Notes: generated from the letters alone by a model not told the origin. Shown: positions 32,852-43,017, counted from the first letter of the stretch. The stretch: 64,000 nt of DNA from Flavobacteriaceae bacterium (GCA_002746415.1 NVXD01000015.1:205412-269411), one strand, 5' to 3'. Numbers and translations: made by a program.

Positions 32852-33940
32852 ATGAGCCAGGTAAGACATAATTGGACAAAAGAGGAAATTCTTGACGTTT
32901 ACAACACTCCCTTAATGGAATTGTTATACGATGCAGCAACTATACATCGTAAGCATCATGACCCAAATACAGTTCAAGTATCCACATTGTTATCTATTAA
33001 AACTGGAGGGTGTCCAGAGGACTGCGGATATTGTCCGCAAGCCGCAAGGTATCATACAGATATAGAAGGAAATGATTTAATGTCAGTTTCCCATGTCAAA
33101 GCCCAAGCCCTTAGGGCAAAATCATCAGGTAGCTCCAGAGTATGTATGGGAGCCGCTTGGCGTAATGTTAAAGATGGTCCAGAATTTGACCAAGTACTTG
33201 AAATGGTACGCACCATAAACAAACTGGATATGGAAGTGTGCTGTACCTTGGGAATGTTGACTGAAAACCAAGCACATCGTTTGGCCGAAGCTGGTCTTTA
33301 TGCTTACAATCATAATTTAGATACTTCTGAGGATTATTATAAAGATGTGATTTCTACTCGTGCATTTAAGGATAGACTAGATACCATAGATAATGTTCGT
33401 AAAAGCAATGTTACCGTTTGCAGTGGGGGAATTATTGGTATGGGGGAGCAATTGGAAGATAGAGCTGGAATGTTGGTAGCACTTACTTCTTTGAACCCGC
33501 AACCAGAATCTGTGCCAATTAATGCTTTAGTGCCAGTTGAAGGCACTCCTATGGAAGATATAGCACCCGTTTCTATTTGGGATATGGTGCGTATGGTGGC
33601 AACGACCCGTATTGTAATGCCAGAAACTCAGGTGAGATTATCAGCTGGGCGAACAGAAATGAGTAGAGAAGGGCAGGCCATGTGTTTCTTTGCTGGAGCC
33701 AATTCTATTTTTGCTGGCGATAAGCTATTGACTACACCTAATCCTGATGTTAGTGAGGACATGGAAATGTTTAAAATGCTCGGATTAAACCCGCAAAAAC
33801 CATTTACTAAAGTATCACAACCCAAAACTGTTGAGGCAGGTGATTCGCAATTTGAATCCATGTCAGAAAAACCTAAATGGAGCAGACCAGGTCATAAAAT
33901 TGATCGCAACGAAAACGCTAAGGCTAAAGCAAAGGCTTAG
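32852..33940 (+). CDS. bioB: biotin synthase
   Basis: Radical-SAM CPEDCGYCPQ motif. The conserved N-terminus starts at the ATG at 32852. The ORF-track start at 32801 is TTG. Confidence 0.95.
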   Translation: MSQVRHNWTKEEILDVYNTPLMELLYDAATIHRKHHDPNTVQVSTLLSIKTGGCPEDCGYCPQAARYHTDIEGNDLMSVSHVKAQALRAKSSGSSRVCMGAAWRNVKDGPEFDQVLEMVRTINKLDMEVCCTLGMLTENQAHRLAEAGLYAYNHNLDTSEDYYKDVISTRAFKDRLDTIDNVRKSNVTVCSGGIIGMGEQLEDRAGMLVALTSLNPQPESVPINALVPVEGTPMEDIAPVSIWDMVRMVATTRIVMPETQVRLSAGRTEMSREGQAMCFFAGANSIFAGDKLLTTPNPDVSEDMEMFKMLGLNPQKPFTKVSQPKTVEAGDSQFESMSEKPKWSRPGHKIDRNENAKAKAKA

Positions 33941-34023
33941 TTCAAGGATATTTCTTACATTGAAGCTTAATTTTAGAGCTATACTTTTGTTTTTTATACA
34001 TTTGATGGTTCATCTCAATACAA

Positions 34024-34887
34024 TTGGTTTTGAAATTAAAGGAAATCCCTAGACTAAAAACTATATCCAAAGAGGACTTTATCACCAACTACTTTAAGCC
34101 ACAAAAACCAGTGGTCATAGAAAAGTTTGTTGATGACTGGCCAGCTTACTCCAGATGGAACTTGGACTATATGAAGGCAATTGCTGGAGATAAAACTGTG
34201 CCATTGTATGATGATAGACCAGTAGATTATAAAGATGGGTTCAATGAACCGCACGCCACGATGAAAATGGCAGATTATATAGATTTGCTTAAAAGAGAGC
34301 ATACAAAATTTCGAATTTTTTTATGGAATATCCTCAAGGAAATCCCAGAGTTACAAAAAGACTTTACATATCCTGATTTTGGGTTAAAGCTTATGAAAAG
34401 TTTGCCCATGCTTTTTTTTGGCGGCTCCAATTCCCATACCTTCATGCATTATGATATTGATATGGCCAATATTTTCCATATTCATTTTGAAGGAAAAAAA
34501 GAATGTATACTATTTCCGCAGACCGAAAATAAATTTTTGTACAAGATTCCACATTCTTTAATTACCCATGAGAGTATAGATTTTTCGAATCCAGATTTTG
34601 AAAAATGGCCGGCTTTGCAGTATGCGAAGGGTTATAAAACTAATTTGAGCCATGGTGAAATTTTGTATATGCCTGAAGGCTATTGGCATTTTATGAAATA
34701 TATAACCCCTGGTTTTTCAATGAGTTTACGCGCAATAGCCCGTAACCCTAAAAATTTAAGCAGTGCATTTTACAATGTAATTGTAATGCGGAATTATGAT
34801 AGTCTAATGCGTAAATTAAAAGGGCAAAATTGGATAGATTGGAAAAATGAACAAGCAATAGAGAGAACCAATAAGAACATACTTTAA
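34024..34887 (+). CDS. cupin-like (JmjC/Cupin_8-like) domain protein
   Basis: 287 aa. The double-stranded beta-helix region SHTFMHYDIDMANIFHIHFEGKKECILFP...GEILYMPEGYWHF has His/Asp ligand-like positions. TTG start. Confidence 0.5.
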   Translation: MVLKLKEIPRLKTISKEDFITNYFKPQKPVVIEKFVDDWPAYSRWNLDYMKAIAGDKTVPLYDDRPVDYKDGFNEPHATMKMADYIDLLKREHTKFRIFLWNILKEIPELQKDFTYPDFGLKLMKSLPMLFFGGSNSHTFMHYDIDMANIFHIHFEGKKECILFPQTENKFLYKIPHSLITHESIDFSNPDFEKWPALQYAKGYKTNLSHGEILYMPEGYWHFMKYITPGFSMSLRAIARNPKNLSSAFYNVIVMRNYDSLMRKLKGQNWIDWKNEQAIERTNKNIL

Positions 34888-35357
34888 TGAATTAACTCCT
34901 TTATTTTTTCATATACCAAATGACTTTCCCATCCCCGGTAAAGTAAATAATCTGCTAACTTCTTTTTTCTTTTTTGTAGGTTGGTGTCTTTTATTTCCAA
35001 CACCCTTTTTTTAGCAAGTAGGTCTAGCGTCGTTAGGTAGTTGTCCTCCTCTATTTCTTTTAGAGCCGTTTTAATATTGTACTTAGAAATCTCCCTGAAT
35101 TTCAGCTCGTTTACAATCCTATTTCTACCCCATTTCTTAATATTGAACTTACCTCTGGCATAAGCCTGGGCAAAACGTTCCTCATTGAGATAATTTTCTT
35201 GTATCAAATGGACAATAATAGTATCTATTGCCTCAGGTATCATATGCATATTTCGCAGTTTATGAACTACTTCTTTATGACAGCGTTCTTGATAAACACA
35301 ATAGCTTTCCAGTTTTTTGGTAGCTTCGCTAAGGGTGTAGGTCTTTTGGGAAAACAT
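34884..35357 (-). CDS. recX: recombination regulator RecX
   Basis: 157 aa, three-helix repeat architecture with CVYQERCHKEV...ERFAQAYARGKF. The size is typical of Bacteroidota RecX. Confidence 0.75.
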   Translation of the reverse strand: MFSQKTYTLSEATKKLESYCVYQERCHKEVVHKLRNMHMIPEAIDTIIVHLIQENYLNEERFAQAYARGKFNIKKWGRNRIVNELKFREISKYNIKTALKEIEEDNYLTTLDLLAKKRVLEIKDTNLQKRKKKLADYLLYRGWESHLVYEKIKELIH

Positions 35358-35364
35358 GCTTAAA

Positions 35365-35733
35365 CTACTTAGGAATTAATTGTTTTGGGTCGTAAAAGAA
35401 CCTTTCTTCTCTTATGTATTCACCTTCCCAATGTTGATGGGCTATTTCTTCAATTTCCGTTGTTGTGCCATCTTTCCATTCAAATTTAAAATACCATCGA
35501 ATCACGACATGGTCATCCTTAATAAATACAGGATGAATGCATTTTGATTCCATGGTCCTTACCTTAGAAAGGACCTTTCTTTCATTTTCAAGTAAATTAT
35601 CCCGGCCTACTCTTGGCTCCGATTGATTCTCTTTCATTGAAGCACCTAAGGTGTAAAATTCTTCAATAGCCTTATCATGTTCATTTGATTCTACAATGGA
35701 GATGAAATTTTCTACTGTTTCAATTTTTGGCAT
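35365..35733 (-). CDS. SnoaL-like / NTF2-like family protein
   Basis: 122 aa, alpha+beta cone-fold-like sequence (IEEFYTLGASMKEN...HVVIRWYFKFEWKDGTTTEIEEIAHQHWEGEYI). Confidence 0.45.
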   Translation of the reverse strand: MPKIETVENFISIVESNEHDKAIEEFYTLGASMKENQSEPRVGRDNLLENERKVLSKVRTMESKCIHPVFIKDDHVVIRWYFKFEWKDGTTTEIEEIAHQHWEGEYIREERFFYDPKQLIPK

Positions 35734-35746
35734 GTTAAAATTTATT

Positions 35747-36550
35747 TTACAAGGTATCCTTTATATATATAAATAACACAGTTATTATAACGACCAATAT
35801 CATTGCAATAATACATAACCCAATAAGAATGCCTAAAAATTTAAATATTTTGAGTATGGACTCAGGTATATTAAGTTTATATAATTTTCCGTATGCGTAG
35901 GTGTAATAGAGAAATTGCATAAAAAGTGTTAGGTAATAGAAAATGGGATTAATTAAGACACTTAATGCAAAAAATATTGCTGTAAAAAGAAAACCTAGGC
36001 CCAGTATATAGGTATTAATGACAAGGTGTTCTCCATAATTATATGGCTTTCTATAAACTAGAAACGCCATAAATGTGTAGATGGGTAAAGAGAGAAAGGT
36101 GATTAAGTTAAAATATTTTAATATGTAGGTTTGTATTTGTAAAGATTGCACAAGTTGTTCCGCTCTATATTCAGCAGACTCGTAAGGACCTCCTATATTT
36201 TCAGCCATAAATTCCAATTGTGCAGTACTCATGTCTCTTGAGAGGTTTAAAAAGTCATCTGTAAACATATTGAAGAGGAAAATGGAAATACCCACACCAA
36301 TTAATAGAAATGCAATGGGGTTCATGTATTTTTTTCTTGTTCCGTCTATATATTCAAGAAATATTTGATTCGGAGCCTTAATTAAAGTTTTTACGGTAAA
36401 AAAGAATTTATTATCCCAACCAAAAACATTTTGAAAAGCATCTGTAAATAAACTGAATACTGTAATTCTCTTTTGCACAACCTTTGCACCACAATCTTTA
36501 CAAAATTTAATATCGGAGGTAATTTGTTGTTTACAATTTTTACAATTCAT
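35747..36550 (-). CDS. DUF3667-like membrane protein with N-terminal zinc-ribbon
   Basis: The internal ATG gives MNCKNCKQQITSDIKFCKDCGAK (zinc ribbon), then Yip1-like TM helices. The ORF-track start at 36733 overlaps the RNase gene. Confidence 0.5.
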   Translation of the reverse strand: MNCKNCKQQITSDIKFCKDCGAKVVQKRITVFSLFTDAFQNVFGWDNKFFFTVKTLIKAPNQIFLEYIDGTRKKYMNPIAFLLIGVGISIFLFNMFTDDFLNLSRDMSTAQLEFMAENIGGPYESAEYRAEQLVQSLQIQTYILKYFNLITFLSLPIYTFMAFLVYRKPYNYGEHLVINTYILGLGFLFTAIFFALSVLINPIFYYLTLFMQFLYYTYAYGKLYKLNIPESILKIFKFLGILIGLCIIAMILVVIITVLFIYIKDTL

Positions 36551-36674
36551 ATGTATCGTAGTTTCTCGCCTAAATATAAGGGAACTAAATAATATAAATA
36601 CAAAAAAGTAAAAGACACTTAAATAGGGCTTAGTGTAAACAAAAAAAGCGACTCCGTTTCCGAAGTCGCTTTTT

Positions 36675-38231
36675 TTAATAAATGGTTTTGCCGTCTTTAT
36701 TTTTAAAACGGTAGTCAAGATACATATATGCATCTCTAGGTTGTATTTTCACCCATTTTTTATGTTCCATAAACCATTTGGAACGTATTGAGGGGAAACC
36801 TTGTGCTATATAGGCGGCAATAAATGGATGCACATTCAATGTTATTCCATTTTTACTTGCTGGGCCTTTCAACAATTTTTCTAGATCAGAAGTTATTTTA
36901 TCTATCAAAACAATTGGAGCTTCTACTTCACCACCACCTCTGTTAGGGTTAGCTTCACTTGTTTTAATATTCATTTCTGGTCTTACCCGTTGTCTTGTAA
37001 TTTGTATAAGTCCAAACTTGCTTGGAGGCAATATTTTGTGTTTGGCCCTGTCATCTTTCATTTCATCTTTAAGATGATCAAAAAGTCTTCTTCTGTGTTC
37101 TGGCTTGGTCATATCAATAAAATCAACCACAATGATACCTCCCATATCACGTAAACGTAGTTGTCTTGCTATTTCCGAAGCTGCTAATAGATTTACTTCT
37201 AGCGCCGTATCCTCTTGGTTTTTAGCCTTGTTGGACCGGTTGCCGCTATTTACATCTACTACATGTAAAGCCTCGGTATGTTCTATAATCAAATAAGCCC
37301 CTTTACTCATGGAAGCAGTTCTTCCAAAAGAGGTTTTAATTTGCCTTTCTATCCCAAATTTCTCAAAAATGGGAACAGAAGAATTGTATAATTTTACAAT
37401 GGATTCTTTTGCTGGCGCAATTTCTTGCACATAGTCTTTAATCTGGTCATAAAGCGTTTCATCATTTACATGAATACCAGTAAATGAATCATTAAAAACA
37501 TCTCTTAATATGGAAGATGCTCTATTGAGCTCTACCATAGCTTTATAAGGGTGTGGCGCTTTATACAATTTCTTACACATCGCCGACCATTTGGTCAACA
37601 AGTTTTGTAGATCCTTGTCCAGTTCTGCTACTTTTTTGCCTTCTGCAACTGTTCTAATAATGACTCCAAATCCTTTAGGTTTAATGCTTTTTACAAGCCT
37701 TTTTAGCCTATTTTTTTCATCATTCGACTCAATTTTTTGAGAAACTGAGACGCGTTCAGAAAAAGGCACCATTACTAGATATCGTCCCGCTATTGAGAGC
37801 TCGGAACTAATACGTGGTCCTTTTGTGGATATGGGTTCTTTAACAATTTGTACTAATAAAGATTGATTAGCTTTGATAACATCTGTGATGCTACCATTTT
37901 TATCAATATCTTTTTCAAATGGAAAATTTTTAAGGGAATAATCTCTTAATTTCCCTGTGCTCACATTTTTAACGAATTTAAGCATGGAAGATAATTGCGG
38001 CCCTAGATCATGGTAATGCAAAAAAGCATCTTTCTCATAACCTACATTTACAAATGCCGCGTTAAGCCCGGTTACAGGCTTTCTTATTTTGGCAAGGAAA
38101 ATATCGCCAACAGAGAAGTTGTTGTTATCTTCTTCTTTATGCAATTCTGTGAGCTTTCCATCTTTTAATAAAGCAAAATCGACGGCATCGGAACTAGATC
38201 TTACGATTAATTCTCTATTCACCTGAATCAA
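36675..38231 (-). CDS. ribonuclease E/G family (RNase G-like)
   Basis: 518 aa. S1 domain N-terminus (FSVGDIFLAKIRKPVTGLNAAFVNVG), DNase-I-like catalytic core, no C-terminal scaffold. TTG start per the ORF track; a GTG two codons in is also possible. Confidence 0.88.
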   Translation of the reverse strand: MIQVNRELIVRSSSDAVDFALLKDGKLTELHKEEDNNNFSVGDIFLAKIRKPVTGLNAAFVNVGYEKDAFLHYHDLGPQLSSMLKFVKNVSTGKLRDYSLKNFPFEKDIDKNGSITDVIKANQSLLVQIVKEPISTKGPRISSELSIAGRYLVMVPFSERVSVSQKIESNDEKNRLKRLVKSIKPKGFGVIIRTVAEGKKVAELDKDLQNLLTKWSAMCKKLYKAPHPYKAMVELNRASSILRDVFNDSFTGIHVNDETLYDQIKDYVQEIAPAKESIVKLYNSSVPIFEKFGIERQIKTSFGRTASMSKGAYLIIEHTEALHVVDVNSGNRSNKAKNQEDTALEVNLLAASEIARQLRLRDMGGIIVVDFIDMTKPEHRRRLFDHLKDEMKDDRAKHKILPPSKFGLIQITRQRVRPEMNIKTSEANPNRGGGEVEAPIVLIDKITSDLEKLLKGPASKNGITLNVHPFIAAYIAQGFPSIRSKWFMEHKKWVKIQPRDAYMYLDYRFKNKDGKTIY

Positions 38232-38346
38232 TTTTTACTTATCCTACAATGGTAATATACCTATGTTGGATAAATAGATTAAACAATAGTCAGTACAGGT
38301 TGTATAAACCTGTTGAAATCCTTTTGAGGATTTCTATGTCAATGAA

Positions 38347-38386
38347 CGTATAAAACGAAAAAGTAGTTAAAAACTAACTACTTTTT
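38347..38386 (-). terminator. 11-bp perfect hairpin, probable terminator downstream of HU gene
   Basis: aaaaagtagtt-aaaaact-aactacttttt. On the minus strand it is followed by cgttttata. Lies 100 nt after the HU stop. Confidence 0.4.
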
Positions 38387-38485
38387 CTTGTGACGGTTAG
38401 CTCTCCTACGCTTTTTGCGTTTATGGGTAGCTACCTTATGTCTTTTTCTTTTTTTACCGCTCGGCATAAATGTTCTTTTTAATGA

Positions 38486-38776
38486 TTATTTTATTTGTAC
38501 GTTGCTCTTAACACCTTCTACAAAGACCTTTGCAGGTTTAAATGCAGGAATGTTATGTGCAGGTATTTTAATGGTAGTGTTTTTAGAAATATTCCTACCT
38601 GTTTTTTCAGCTCTTGTTTTGATAATAAAACTACCAAAACCTCTTAAATAAACATTCTCACCACTTTCCAAAGAAGACTTTACTTCTTCCATAAAAGATT
38701 CCACAGTTGCTTGTACATCTCCTTTTTCAATTCCCAGTTTTTCTGAGATTTTCGTTACAATATCAGCTTTCGTCAT
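38486..38776 (-). CDS. hup: DNA-binding protein HU
   Basis: 96 aa: MTKADIVTKISEKLGIEKGDVQATVESFMEEV...RGFGSF, with an IHF/HU fold signature. Confidence 0.9.
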   Translation of the reverse strand: MTKADIVTKISEKLGIEKGDVQATVESFMEEVKSSLESGENVYLRGFGSFIIKTRAEKTGRNISKNTTIKIPAHNIPAFKPAKVFVEGVKSNVQIK

Positions 38777-38814
38777 ATTTAAAAATAAATTTTCTGTATG
38801 TTTTTTTAGGGTTG

Positions 38815-38822
38815 CAAATATA
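38815..38822 (-). promoter_or_regulatory. candidate -7 element (tatatttg on minus strand) for HU gene
   Basis: TAnnTTTG match 39 nt upstream of the HU start codon. Confidence 0.3.
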
Positions 38823-38903
38823 TAAATTTAATTCAATCTTTATGTTCTAATGAACTAATTTTAAGTAATTAAACAGTTACTTTTACCCATTATTGTTTTA
38901 TTG

Positions 38904-39953
38904 ATGTCTTTTTCTCAAAAAATTCTACTTTGGTATGCCAGTAACAAGAGGGATCTTCCATGGAGAAACACTAGGGATCCATACAAAATATGGCTTTCAG
39001 AAATAATGCTTCAACAGACTCGTGTTGCTCAAGGAATGCCCTATTATTATGCCTTTGTAAAACGGTTTCCAACAGTTGAAGATTTGGCAAAAGCAAGTGA
39101 GGAAACAGTATTGAAATTATGGCAAGGATTGGGTTATTATTCCAGAGCAAGAAATTTGCATGCTACTGCCAAGACAATTTCTTTAGAACAAAACGGACAA
39201 TTCCCAAGTACCTATAAGGAACTAATAAAGTTAAAAGGAGTTGGCGACTATACATCCAGTGCAATTGCTTCTTTTTGTTTTGATGAACCAGAGCCTGTTC
39301 TTGATGGGAATGTTTTTAGAGTTTTGTCAAGGTATTATGGAATTTCAATTCCTATAAACAGTCCTAAAGGGGGTAAATACTTTAAGGAATTGGCCACAGA
39401 AATAATGAATGTGGAAAATATTAGGGATTATAATCAAGGAATAATGGAGTTTGGTTCCTTGCAATGTGCTCCAAAAAAACCAAATTGTGTGCACTGTCCT
39501 TTAAATGATGGATGTATTGCCTTAAAAGAAGGTAAGGTTGGTCAATTACCAGTTAAACTCAAAAAAACCAAAATCACAAAAAGATATTTCAACTATTTAG
39601 TTCCAATAGTTATTGGAAACGATGGCCAAAGTACAACACAACTTAAACAACGTGTGGGGAAAGGAATTTGGCAGAACTTATATGAATTTCCTTTGGTGGA
39701 AACCAAAAATGAAATCAATCTTGAGGAAATTAAAACAAAAATGACAAATGTTATAGGTGTTAATGATACCTCGGATGTTTATTTATATAATGACAAACCT
39801 ATTGTTCATAAATTATCACATCAGCATTTGCATACCAAATTTTGGATTGTAGCCACTGAGGAAAGGGATAAATACAAGATTAAATTTTCTGAACTAGGAA
39901 AGTACCCAGTACCAGTTTTAATAGCAGATTTTATAAAAGCATTTAAAATTTAG
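38904..39953 (+). CDS. mutY: A/G-specific adenine DNA glycosylase
   Basis: HhH-GPD motif LKGVGDYTSSAIASFCF, a 4Fe-4S cluster loop (CAPKKPNCVHCPLNDGC), and a C-terminal NUDIX-like domain. ATG at 38904 follows a TTG at 38901. Confidence 0.9.
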   Translation: MSFSQKILLWYASNKRDLPWRNTRDPYKIWLSEIMLQQTRVAQGMPYYYAFVKRFPTVEDLAKASEETVLKLWQGLGYYSRARNLHATAKTISLEQNGQFPSTYKELIKLKGVGDYTSSAIASFCFDEPEPVLDGNVFRVLSRYYGISIPINSPKGGKYFKELATEIMNVENIRDYNQGIMEFGSLQCAPKKPNCVHCPLNDGCIALKEGKVGQLPVKLKKTKITKRYFNYLVPIVIGNDGQSTTQLKQRVGKGIWQNLYEFPLVETKNEINLEEIKTKMTNVIGVNDTSDVYLYNDKPIVHKLSHQHLHTKFWIVATEERDKYKIKFSELGKYPVPVLIADFIKAFKI

Positions 39954-39977
39954 TATTTTTGATTTAAGATAAAAGTT

Positions 39978-40454
39978 ATGAGTGGAACATTGAATAAAGT
40001 GATGCTGATTGGGCACTTGGGAGATGAAGTGAAAACACACTATTTTGAAGGCGGAAACTGTATTGCTCGTTTTCCATTGGCAACCAATGAAAGTTATACA
40101 AATAGGCAAACAGGAGAAAAGGTGACCAATACGGATTGGCATAATATAGTAGTGCGTAATAAGGCTGCGGAGATATGTGAAAAGTACCTTAGTAAGGGTG
40201 ATAAAATTTATGTGGAGGGTAGGCTAAAGAATAGACAGTGGCAAGGTGAAGATGGTAATACACGCTACACCACAGAAGTGCATGTGCAGGAATTTACATT
40301 TTTATCAACCAAGAAGGAAAGCCAGTCCAATGCAAGTTCTAATGTACAAGCAACCCAACAAAGCGCACAACCTCAAGTTGCTCCTGCTCCGGCTGTTCCA
40401 AAAGAACAGTCACAAGCTATTGCACCAGAACAGGATGACGACCTGCCATTTTAA
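39978..40454 (+). CDS. ssb: single-stranded DNA-binding protein
   Basis: OB fold, a Gln/Pro-rich linker, and the acidic tail DDDLPF. Confidence 0.95.
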   Translation: MSGTLNKVMLIGHLGDEVKTHYFEGGNCIARFPLATNESYTNRQTGEKVTNTDWHNIVVRNKAAEICEKYLSKGDKIYVEGRLKNRQWQGEDGNTRYTTEVHVQEFTFLSTKKESQSNASSNVQATQQSAQPQVAPAPAVPKEQSQAIAPEQDDDLPF

Positions 40455-40479
40455 TTAAACTCAAATTAAATCTTAACTA

Positions 40480-41805
40480 TTGGATCCAGACCCCCTTAGT
40501 TTACTGCTATATTTTTCTGTTTTTGACAGTGCAATTGCCTTGAAAACAATTATTTTAATTGTCCTTTTAATATGTTCAGCCCTTATTTCTGGCGCTGAAG
40601 TTGCTTTTTTTGGCCTTTCCAAGACTGACATCAATAAACTGGAAGAAGAGAAAAAAAGTACAGGAATTATAGTAGTCAAGCTTTTAGAAAAGCCAAAAAA
40701 ATTACTTGCAACCATACTAATAGCCAATAACAGTATTAATATTGGTATGGTGTTATTATTTAATTCTTTGGGAGATACGCTCTTTGAGAATATCAATCAT
40801 AATTTTTTCGGTATTATTTCTGCCAGATTTTTATTGGAAGTGATAGTAATTACTTTTTTAATTTTAATGTTCGGTGAAATTTTGCCGAAGATTTACGCAA
40901 ATAGAAATAGAATTAGTTTTTCAAAGTTTATGGTGTACCCACTAAAGTTTATGAATTTTGTTCTTTTACCTATTAGTTTGCCTATGCAGTCGGCAACGCT
41001 TTTTTTGTATGATAAATTTGGAAAGCAGAAGTCAAGCTTAAGTGTCGATCATTTGTCGCAAGCTTTGGAACTTACTGATGATGGTGATACCACAATAGAA
41101 GAGCAAAAAATCTTGGAGGGAATAGTTTCCTTTGGAAATACAGAGGCCAAACAGGTTATGCGCCCCAGAATAGATATTTTTGCTTTGAATGAGAATATGA
41201 AATTTCTGGAAGTGCTTCAAGAAATAAAAACGAATGGACATTCTCGAATACCCATATTCTCTGAGAATATGGACAATGTGTTGGGGGTCCTTTATGTAAA
41301 GGATGTTTTACCATATATTGATCGTAAAACTTTTAATTGGATATCTTTAATTAGGGAACCCTATTTTGTTCCCGAGAACAAGAAGCTAGATGATTTATTG
41401 TTGGAGTTTCAAGAAAAGAAAAATCATTTGGCTGTCGTTGTAGATGAATATGGTGGCACTTCTGGGATAGTGACCTTAGAAGATATTATCGAAGAAATTG
41501 TTGGAGATATAAGTGATGAGTTTGATGATGTGGATTTAATATTTTCAAAGCTGGATGAGCATAATTATGTTTTTGATGGGAAAACAACCTTAAAAGATTT
41601 TTATAGAGTAGTTAAGGTCGATGACGAAGATGATTTTGAAGAACAAAAAGGGGAATCTGAAACTATTGCTGGTTTTGTTTTGGAAATAGCTGGAAATTTT
41701 CCAAAAAGAGGGGAGATAATAAAATTTAAGGAATATCAGTTTATTGTTGAAAGCTTGGACAAAAAGAGATTAAAACAAATAAAAATCACCCTTCCTCATG
41801 AATAG
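40480..41805 (+). CDS. gldE: gliding motility-associated protein GldE (CNNM/CorC-HlyC family: DUF21 TM domain, CBS pair, CorC_HlyC)
   Basis: 441 aa. The domain order and the position directly between ssb and gldD match the Flavobacterium gldE locus as I recall it. TTG start. Confidence 0.8.
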   Translation: MDPDPLSLLLYFSVFDSAIALKTIILIVLLICSALISGAEVAFFGLSKTDINKLEEEKKSTGIIVVKLLEKPKKLLATILIANNSINIGMVLLFNSLGDTLFENINHNFFGIISARFLLEVIVITFLILMFGEILPKIYANRNRISFSKFMVYPLKFMNFVLLPISLPMQSATLFLYDKFGKQKSSLSVDHLSQALELTDDGDTTIEEQKILEGIVSFGNTEAKQVMRPRIDIFALNENMKFLEVLQEIKTNGHSRIPIFSENMDNVLGVLYVKDVLPYIDRKTFNWISLIREPYFVPENKKLDDLLLEFQEKKNHLAVVVDEYGGTSGIVTLEDIIEEIVGDISDEFDDVDLIFSKLDEHNYVFDGKTTLKDFYRVVKVDDEDDFEEQKGESETIAGFVLEIAGNFPKRGEIIKFKEYQFIVESLDKKRLKQIKITLPHE

Positions 41806-42355
41806 CAAGTATTCCTTCCTTTTCGTTTTCCTATTCATTTTTATTGGATGTAAAGAAGATGTATTGCCCAAGCCTAAGGCAATGCTCAGATTAGATTACC
41901 CCAATGAGGCCTCCAAAGGGTTAGAAACTGATTGTTATTATGGCTTTGAGTACAATCAAATGGCTAAAATGGAAAGTAAAGAAAATTGCTCTTTAACATT
42001 GGATTACCCAAACATGAAGGGTTCTATTTTTATTACTTACAAAAAAGTGGATGGAGATTTGAATACGCTATTATCCGATGCGCAAAAACTATCTTATGAG
42101 CACGCCGTAAAGGCAGATAATATTATTGAACAACCTTTTATTAATGCCAATGAAAAAGTATATGGTATGTTCTACGAGGTAAAAGGTGATGCTGCTTCAC
42201 AGGCCCAATTTTATGTTACGGATAGTATCAACCATTTTGTGACTGGTTCCTTGTATTTTTATGCCAAACCAAATTATGATTCTATATTCCCAGCGGCCAT
42301 ATATCTTCAAAAAGATGTCCGTAGGGTTATGGAAACGTTCAAATGGAAGGAATAG
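41798..42355 (+). CDS. gldD: gliding motility lipoprotein GldD
   Basis: 185 aa lipoprotein (FIFIGCKEDV). It overlaps the gldE stop by 8 nt, the arrangement I recall for F. johnsoniae gldE-gldD. Confidence 0.7.
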   Translation: MNSKYSFLFVFLFIFIGCKEDVLPKPKAMLRLDYPNEASKGLETDCYYGFEYNQMAKMESKENCSLTLDYPNMKGSIFITYKKVDGDLNTLLSDAQKLSYEHAVKADNIIEQPFINANEKVYGMFYEVKGDAASQAQFYVTDSINHFVTGSLYFYAKPNYDSIFPAAIYLQKDVRRVMETFKWKE

Positions 42356-42366
42356 AATTGTTTAAT

Positions 42367-42789
42367 TTATTCTTTCCCTAATAAGGCTTCAGCCCGTTTA
42401 ATGCTAGAATTTATTTCCTCTTGAAGTGCATTCACTTTTTTTTCTTCCTCATTAAGCCATTTTTGTTTTTCTTCAGTAAGTTCTTTGCCATTAAGAATTT
42501 CATCAGAATCAAATCGGTCACCAAATCCCTGCATCCAATCCATCATGGTTTTATGGGCAGCTTGTAAATCTCTTTTTGCAGTTTCATATTTTAATCCAGT
42601 TTCAGTACTGTCTGCTAGACCATTTAATTCTCCTACTAATTTGCTTATGGTTCCCATTTGCGGCATCACCTCATCATGAACGGCTAAAACCTGTTCCATT
42701 TGGGTTGGTTCTTCCAATTGTTTCTTTTCTTCTTTGCAAGAAATTAGGATTCCAAGGGCAAGTATACTTAGTAAAATAGATTTTTTCAT
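42367..42789 (-). CDS. hypothetical lipoprotein, coiled-coil
   Basis: MKKSILLSILALGILISCKEE lipobox, a helical Glu/Lys-rich body, 140 aa. Confidence 0.4.
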   Translation of the reverse strand: MKKSILLSILALGILISCKEEKKQLEEPTQMEQVLAVHDEVMPQMGTISKLVGELNGLADSTETGLKYETAKRDLQAAHKTMMDWMQGFGDRFDSDEILNGKELTEEKQKWLNEEEKKVNALQEEINSSIKRAEALLGKE

Positions 42790-43017
42790 GATGTCTTTTT
42801 TTTCTTTGAAAAAGTTTTAGTAGTCAAAATATACAAACTAAATCCTGATATAAAGGTAAAAGTTCCAAATAGGGAAAAAGCTTTTAGCAAGAGGTTGTTA
42901 TGTAATTTAATTTTGTTTTAAATAGTCAGACACCCCTAATTTGTTTAAAATGGAGATAAATATGCTCGGTCATTTAAGAAGATTGTTTATGATAAGTGGC
43001 TAATATTTTGTACATTA

